DNA of 32,000 nucleotides from Candidatus Omnitrophota bacterium (GTDB lineage Bacteria; Omnitrophota; Gorgyraeia; Zapsychrales; JANLHA01): NCBI GenBank assembly GCA_963662715.1, contig OY759724.1, positions 1,500,001 to 1,532,000 of the forward strand, read 5' to 3'. Shown piece by piece: positions 1 to 8,000 of this stretch (position 1 is its first letter; each line of letters starts with the position of its first letter). The notes under the pieces were generated by a model. It saw only the letters and a program-made list of their open reading frames with translations, ran no database searches and was not told where the DNA came from. The position numbers and the translations under genes were made by a program.

Positions 1-40
1 AAGATTAAAAAAAGTAAAAATTTTTATTATCGCGAAAAAA

Positions 41-60
41 CCACGGCCATGAGGCCGTGG
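41..60. repeat. Left subterminal hairpin of the IS200-like element
   Basis: 8-bp perfect stem ccacggcc/ggccgtgg with a 4-nt loop. The same stem recurs at 566-585. Confidence 0.8.
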
Positions 61-105
61 ATGAAGCGTTTCCGAGGTCTTGGTTGCGTATGATACAATG
101 GGTGC

Positions 106-534
106 ATGAGATATTTGAAGCAAGGACACACAGTTTACTATGCCAGATACCATATTGTCATTTGTACAAGATATAGGCGAAAGATATTGCGATGGGGTTC
201 GGCGGAGTATGTCAAAAGATGCGTTTTGGGAGTGATGAGACGGTATCCTGAGATCATCATTGAAAAAGTAAATACAGATTTAGATCATATGCATCTTTTG
301 GCATCAATTCCGCCGAAGATGGCTGTAAGTCATGCAGTAAATCTGATTAAGAGTAACACAGCAAAGCTGATGAGGCGGCGATATAAGTTTTTAGACAAGA
401 TGTATGTGAAAAAGGCAGGGATATGGTCAGCAGGGTATTTTGTGTCAACGGTTGGAGCCGACGAAGAATCGATAAAGCGATACATCGAATATCAAGGCCG
501 GGAAGACCGAGGACAAACGCAGATAGAATTTTAG
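106..534 (+). CDS. tnpA: IS200/IS605-family Y1 (HUH) transposase TnpA
   Basis: 142 aa with the N-terminus YHIVICTRYRRKIL, the HUH motif DHMHLL and the C-terminal Tyr region KRYIEYQ. Size and motifs are typical of IS200 TnpA. Confidence 0.85.
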   Translation: MRYLKQGHTVYYARYHIVICTRYRRKILRWGSAEYVKRCVLGVMRRYPEIIIEKVNTDLDHMHLLASIPPKMAVSHAVNLIKSNTAKLMRRRYKFLDKMYVKKAGIWSAGYFVSTVGADEESIKRYIEYQGREDRGQTQIEF

Positions 535-565
535 CTGCGTTTGCACAGTCAAAATAGTTAAGAAA

Positions 566-585
566 CCACGGCCGTGAGGCCGTGG
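566..585. repeat. Right subterminal hairpin of the IS200-like element
   Basis: Same 8-bp stem as 41-60, with loop gtga. It lies 32 nt after the tnpA stop. Confidence 0.8.
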
Positions 586-667
586 AGTTTCATTCAACTC
601 GTATTAGATCCCAATATTATTGTTCGCAGGCAAATTGTGTTTTTAAATAACTAAAAATGGAGGAATT

Positions 668-1432
668 ATGAAAATATATTTCTATCTTTCTTTAACTCCT
701 GAATCTTTTATCGCTTCTATGCTACCGCCCATGGATTTTGGTTCTTATTTAGCCGTCGGAACACAAAAACGTGCCAGTGGCCAGGTTATATTTTTTGAGA
801 TAGAAGAACCAACGAATGATTCAAGTTTCAACTTGGATAATATTAAGAGCCGCTGTATTAATCATTCAAACGGAGAACCAAAACATTCGGTATATGGATC
901 ATGTTATCGTGTCCTTGAAAAAATACCTTTGAGTGACATTAAAGATCTTTATCTAGTTACTCGAGATGGAAAACCTTTGTGTCTTCAGCAAAGCGAGATA
1001 CTTCCTGAAGTTTCTCAGAATTATTATTTATATCAAGAAATTTGTCCCGTGCATCCAAGTGTTGTTAGCACTTTAAATCCTTTGGAATTCAGTAAATATC
1101 TTACTGACGGGAGTCAAAATATTTATTTTCCTAAGATTTGTTTTGTTGATTTGCACCTTGGTGAGTTGCGTGAAGACCCAAAATTTGGAGAAGTACGTAA
1201 TCTGCCATATCAAAATGTAGAACATCTGCGAGATTGTCTCATTCAGCTTAAAAATAATCCAAAGAAATCCACTACAACAGTTGATCGTATTAGTTCACAG
1301 TCATTTCCATTTCGCACTATAGAGAACGGAATTTTTCTCGGGAGCAAGGAAAATCTCCTGTTCTATCCTTTTCCATCCAAAAAAGATCTTCAGGGCAAGT
1401 ATTATGATTGGTGGCGCTCTGCCTCTATGTGA
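668..1432 (+). CDS. Hypothetical protein (254 aa), no recognisable family
   Basis: Long ORF with a GGAGG-like RBS (atggaggaattATG). I recognise no motifs, signal peptide or TM segments. Confidence 0.55.
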   Translation: MKIYFYLSLTPESFIASMLPPMDFGSYLAVGTQKRASGQVIFFEIEEPTNDSSFNLDNIKSRCINHSNGEPKHSVYGSCYRVLEKIPLSDIKDLYLVTRDGKPLCLQQSEILPEVSQNYYLYQEICPVHPSVVSTLNPLEFSKYLTDGSQNIYFPKICFVDLHLGELREDPKFGEVRNLPYQNVEHLRDCLIQLKNNPKKSTTTVDRISSQSFPFRTIENGIFLGSKENLLFYPFPSKKDLQGKYYDWWRSASM

Positions 1433-1968
1433 GGGAGAAGAAGACAAGGGAGTATCTCCCGAAAAATAGTACCAGTTGAAAGTTGGTATTGAGTGTACTA
1501 TTCTCCCCGGTTATTAAAAAATTTTCCTTTCAGAATATTCAAAAACACACCCTAATTCAAGGACATATCTCTTTTACCCTACTTTTTGTGACGCTAAATG
1601 TTATTTAAAAATTTTTAAGGACAAATTAGGTTGCTTTGAAAAATTTTTTTGCATGCATAACAAAAAGTGTCAGCAATATGTCAAGTCAGCCGATTGTAAT
1701 ATTTCGTAAATAATGGATAATACAACCATGCTTTGAAAATAATAGCGTAATCAAGATCTGTTTTGATGGAGGAAATATTTTTTGTGTTTTCGCATGAATT
1801 TTTTAAGGTTTAGGCAAATGACCTATCTATTTTCTTGTTTTGTTCAATAAAAATTGACTTTTAAGACGTATTTTTGCAAAATTTCATCAAATTACTTTAC
1901 CAGCTTTATTTCTTTGAGTTGTTTTAAATATTAAATAAATTACCTAATTACAACAGGGGAGTCATGGA

Positions 1969-2049
1969 ATGATGAAGAAAAGGCCGTTTTTTTATGCAAC
2001 AATTTTAACAATTCTTTCTTTTTGTTTTGTTTTGCCCAAAGTAGACGCG
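1969..2049 (+). other. Sec-type signal peptide (27 aa, predicted cleavage after VDA)
   Basis: MMKKRPFFYATILTILSFCFVLPKVDA|EQ has a basic n-region, a hydrophobic h-region and an A-x-A-like site. An S/N/T-rich low-complexity linker follows, to about nt 2330. Confidence 0.7.
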
Positions 2050-5000
2050 GAACAGAAAAAAGTTGCCATTGGAAGCATTTCCGCTAATTCTCAAAATAAA
2101 TCCAATATTACTACTCCTTCTGTTGCTATTGCTCCCGATTCGATTCCTAAAACAATAAATTTTAATAAAGTTGAGAACAAGATAAATTCTGTAAATATAA
2201 TAAACAATTCATCTTCAACTGCTAGCACCCAAGCAAAAACCAGCTCAACCGCTTTTAGTTTCAAAAGCAATATTTCTCAGGATCAGCAGGTATCTTCTTC
2301 GTCTCTTTCAATGACAACTTTATCCTCTCCAATCGGGGAAGATATTTTTAATAATCAACCTCTTGGCCATAGTGGTCTCTTTGTAAACGTCTCCCCACAA
2401 TTTGGGTCTCTAATCCAATCTTTCCCTATAAAAGTCCCGGCAGGTATTAATGGGATTGAACCGAATATCGTTATTTCCTATAGTTCAAACATGAGAAATG
2501 GTTTGTTGGGCGTTGGCTGGGTTATGGAGTTAGGTGCCATAGAGTGCTCAACGAAACGGGGAGCCCCGCAGTACGATGGTAGTGATTCTTTTGTTTTGGT
2601 GCAGCAGGGAAGCGCTGCTGATTTGGTCTATGATTCAACCAATCAAATCTATCATCCAAAAATAGAAGGATCTTTTTCAAAGATTGAACATAAAACAAGT
2701 CCCGAAGACTATTGGCTTATTACAGATAAATCTGGAACCCAATATTACTATGGACAGACGCAAGCCTCACGGTTAGATGATCCGACAGATTCTTCGCATA
2801 TATTTAAATGGTGTTTAGATAAGGTGGAAGATGTGCATGGTAACTATATGGAGATAAGTTACTATAAAGACAGTGAAGATAATCAAATTTATCCGGATAC
2901 GATTGACTATGCTGGGAATCAAACTGCTTCGTTGGCACCCTATGCACAAGTTATATTTGAACGGGAGACAAGATTAAAATCATATAGTGCATATAACCCG
3001 GGCTTTTTAGTAAAAACCACTCAAAGAATCAATAAAGTGACCGTAAAAGCTGAAGAACAAATACAGCGTGAATATGTTTTGGGTTATAGCGCAAGTGTTG
3101 GGACAGGAAGAGATCTTGTGTCCACAATAACGGAGTTTGATGCTTCTGGCCAATCCTTACCCCCGATTACTTTTTCTTATTATGACAATAAAGGTTTTAC
3201 AGGAAAGGATTTGTCTTCTGATTTCTCTTCGATAGCGTTCTCTATGTATATAGATGGTCCGGAAGGATTCAGGGACTTGGGAGTAAGGTTTGTGGATGTG
3301 AATTCCGATGGTTATCCTGATATCATCAAACATTATGTGAATGCTCTCGATCAGAAAACAAGTATTACCTATCTTGCCGTTGCGGACGGAGATAACATCT
3401 CTTGGTCTGCCGAAGATACCAATTGGTATATGCCCACGTTTTCTGGGACCGGCATTTATACTTATTATGGCTCATTGATTCAAGAAGAATTAATGGGAGA
3501 TACTTTTTCATCCGATTCTATCGTCGGGGCCGATACGGGTGTAAGGCTTTCTGATCTTAACGGCGATGGGAGAATAGATTTTATATGGGCAGAACATATG
3601 TCTGAGCATCTGTATGATTTTGACACTGGCGAATATTTGGGCACAGGGTATGGTGTCGCGAACTGGGTGGCGGTGAATAATGGTCAGGGGTGGACTGAAG
3701 AAGAGCCATCTTCGTGGGAGTTACCTGCTGAGGAAGGATTTTTTTCTGTTGTCAATGTTATTCTTAGCCGCATAGTGAATAATGTGATGATTAATATTAA
3801 ATATTACGGTCAGTTACAACATTTAGGAAATGAATTTATCGATGTTAACGGGGATGGATATACAGACTTTATTTCTTCGTATCAGCCTCCTTTGCCTAGT
3901 GATACGACTGGCACACTTCGTCGTAGTTGTAATGTATATCTTAATAATATGGTTAACGGAACGGAAGGGTGGACTTTAAGTAGTCCTTGGTCCTTACCGG
4001 ATTTCAGTTATGCTGATTTAAAAAATGGTGCTAGTTTGGTTGACCTTAACGGCGATTATTTGCCAGACATATTTTATCTTGTTCAAGGAAGCACGTCACA
4101 CGTATTTATGAATACCGGAAATGGATGGATAGATGATACACAATCACCCTGGCTTGATACTTCTGGATATGGAGATTTAACGGATAAATCAACTCAGTTT
4201 ACGGATATTAATGGTGACTCTTTGCCTGATATGATTATTGCTAAAGGGAGTCCTGCGGCAGGGAACAAAGTTTTAATTAATACCGGGGATGGATGGATGC
4301 CGGATGACAGTTGGACTTTTCCGGAAGGGAGTTTTACAAACCTTGCGACTCGGCTAGTGGATTATAATGCGGATTTAATGACGGATTATATAATTAATCT
4401 ATCGGGCGAAACCGCTAGGTTATATACTAATGATGGAGAGCCTACTGATTTATTAAAGGCTATTGATAATAGCGTAGGTGGTGTAAGTACATTTTATTAT
4501 GCTTCTTCAGCAAAATTTGACCACGACGATGGATTTTTGCCGTTTAATATCCCGGTCGTAGAACGTGTTGTCCGAACCAATTCATTGGAAGACAGTTATG
4601 AGACAAGTTATTCGTATTCCAACGGATACTGGGCTGCTACCGATCCTGTTGAGGATCGGGAATTTAGGGGGTTCGCAGACATAAAGATTGTTAATCCCGA
4701 TCAACATTATTCTATCAGCCATTATCTTGTCGCAGATGAAATATTTAAAGGGAAGAAATATGAGCAGACTAATTATAACAGTCAAGATGAACTTCTGAGT
4801 TCAACGTACTATTGGTGGTATGCTACCCCGGTAATTGAAGACAGCAGTGATTTTGTATTTTTGGGTATTAAAGCCGATAAGGTTTTTGATGAAAATTTAA
4901 ACCATAAAGCATCAGTGGAAACATATTCATATGATGAAAATCAGTCTGAGCAGTATGGCAACCTTACCACTCTTCATCAATTCGGGAATGTAGAGTTTAT

Positions 5001-8000
5001 TGATGAAAGCAATTTTACCTATGATACGGATATTACCCGAGTTGTCCGAACGGATTATACAAACAATTTTTCTGACTGGGTTATCGGATTGCCGTATCAG
5101 ATCTCTATAAGAGATCTGGATGAAGAAAGTCAAGAACAGGAAATACGTCTAACGAAATTTTATTATGATTACAGTGACGTCTTGGGTGATACTCCAACTT
5201 TGGGGCTTCTCACCAAAAAGGAAGAAGATGCTAAGACCGGAAATTCAGAGGATAACCCCAAAACACAAATGTTTTATAATGACTTAGGCCTTCTTCGAGA
5301 AACGATTGATCCTAGGGGCAAGGAAACGAATATTACTTTTGACAGCGAATACGGAATGTTTCCTGTCGTTGTTGAGAACCATCTGGGACATACTGTAGTC
5401 AGTGAATATTATGAAGTCGCTGGAATTGAAACAGAAACTGGCTTATTCGGCTTGTGGGGGCAGTTAAAGAGTTCTGTCGACCAAAATAATAATACAACAC
5501 AGTATGGTTATGATGGTTTCGGCAGACAGACTAAAGTCGTTTCTCCTCTGGATACAGTTAGTCTCCCTACACAAGAAATCCTTTACGATTATGGGGATAC
5601 TTACAGTAAGGTCACAACTCGTCAAAGAGTAAAATCCGGTGAAGCAAGCATAATCGATACATATGTTTATAGCGATGGGTTAGGGCGTCACCGGCAAACT
5701 AAAGTTCTGGCCCCGAATGGCCAATATATCGTAAGTGGACAGACGCGTTATAACAGCCACGATTTACCCGTAGAACAATATCTTCCTTATTATTCCCAAC
5801 AATCGAATCCTGACTATATAGAATCCTTTAGTCATGATAATCCGTATGTTGCTTTTGCTTATGACGGTATCGATCGTCTGGTGCAAACCACTAATCCAGA
5901 TGCATCGACATATACAACGACTCAGTATAACCTTTGGACTGTTGAGTATACGGATGAAAATGGACATCGTCAGGATTCTACTTATGACGGTTGGGGACGC
6001 TTGCTTGAGAAAGTTGAAAAAACTGGTTCTGATAACAGATTCCCTGCCCTATATCCCGGTACAGGCGATTATTCTAATTATACAACGACATATTATAAAT
6101 ATGATGTGGAAGGAAATCTCCTTGAAACCAAGGACCAAGATGATGTCACGACCATTATAACGTATGATTATTTAGGTCGTAAGAAACAGATGAGTGACCC
6201 TGATATGGGTACCTGGTTCTACGATTACGACCTTAATGGGAATTTAGTTTATCAAAAAGATGCAATGAACCATGAAATATCTTTTGAATATGATGATATA
6301 AACCGCCTTAAACGTAAATGGGACAGCAGTTTGAGCGTCAATGTGCTTTATCACTATGATGATTTATCAAAATCTAATTCAATCGGACGTCTGACCTCTG
6401 TTGAATATCCCGGTGGATCTAAGTCGTTTGCGTATGACTCCCTTGGTCGAGAAACTGCATCGGGTATCTTAATCGATGGTTATTATTATGAAATTAAAAA
6501 AGAATACAATGCCTTAAATAACATTATAAGCATTGAGTACCCAGACGAGAAAAAGGTTTATTATAAATATAATGTTAATGGGCAGATAGAAGGTGTCTCG
6601 AATAATCCCGGCCAGCAATCTTCGATTGTTCCAAAAGAGCGAGGAAAACAATGGGCTTTCTTGAACAAAATTAAGCAGGGATTTGTTGTAGCCGGGAAAG
6701 CTGTTATAGAGGAGATTGCCGGTTTGTTTACTGTTAAGGCTGCTTATGCAGATACAATAACTCCTATCGACTATACAACGTTCACAGAGCAGGATGTCGA
6801 TAATAAAATAACTGTGACCAGTTCCTGTATTACTTTTTCAGATATAGAGACAAGAAATACCAGTTCCTTTGTTTATAGAAGCGACAGTATTACAGGGGAC
6901 TTCACATATGAATTCGACACAATCCTGACAGATTCCGACACATTTTCCGGAGAGACCGCTGTATGGGGTATATCTAATACCGGCGGCGATACATATGATG
7001 ACTGGTCAGACGGAGCAATAATTTCTTGGTATAAGTCCGGAACAACCATACGTTTGGAAGTCGAAAATATATCCAATCACTTTACGCGGAATTCAACCGG
7101 CCTCGACATGAATCAACGTTATTATATTCGAGTTAATCGGCAGGATAGTACGTTATATGTTGATATTTACAGTGATGCCGATAGGACAGTTTTAGTTGAT
7201 TCATTAGAACGCAGTTTTGACGATAGTTCATATGCTTATTTATACGGATTCAGTATAGACAATAATAATAATTCTAATTATCGGGCAAGCGGTGATGTTT
7301 GCAACTTAGGGGTTGAGACAGGTCAGGCAGACACAGAAGCCCCGACGGCTCCGACCAATGCAAGTTTCGGTAACGAAACCAGCAGTAGTTTGACGTTGAG
7401 CTGGGATGCCTCGACCGACAATGTCGGCGTGACAGGTTATCGCATCGATGTGGCCACAGACAGCAGCTTTACAAATATGGTCAGCGGTTATGATGATTTG
7501 GATGTCGGAGATGTTCTAACGAAAGATGTCACCGGGCTTGATCCAGACACAACGTATTATGGCCGGGTGAGGGCGTATGATGCGGCAGAGAATACGTCTT
7601 CGAACAGTAATACGGCAACCGGCGCGACTACATCATCGTCAGACACAGAAGCCCCGACGGCTCCGACCAATGCAAGTTTCGGTAACGAAACCAGCAGCGG
7701 TTTGACGTTGAGCTGGGATGCCTCGACCGACAATGTCGGCGTGACAGGTTATCGCATTGATGTGGCCACAGACAGCAGCTTTACAAATATGGTCAGCGGT
7801 TATGATGATTTAGATGTTGGAGATGTTCTAACGAAAGATGTCACCGGGCTTGATCCAGACACAACGTATTATGGCCGGGTGAGGGCGTATGATGCGGCAG
7901 AGAATACGTCTTCGAACAGCAATACGGCAACCGGGCAGACACTCTCGGGGGGCAGCACAGGAATGAATCCTATTGATTATACAACTTTTACGGAAGTCGA

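Larger units (their letters stand above)
41..585 (+). mobile_element. IS200/IS605-family insertion sequence (tnpA only), delimited here by its two subterminal hairpins
   Basis: A Y1/HUH transposase ORF is flanked by near-identical perfect hairpins, ccacggcc-atga-ggccgtgg at 41-60 and ccacggcc-gtga-ggccgtgg at 566-585. That layout is typical of IS200 LE/RE structures. The exact element ends are not determinable. Confidence 0.75.

Noticed and set aside
1433-1968. Possible promoter TTGACT at about 1854 upstream of rhs, or a regulatory RNA in the 536-nt leader.
   Set aside because: I found no convincing -10 element at proper spacing and no recognisable structured-RNA consensus. AT-rich sequence generates many chance matches, so I left it unannotated.
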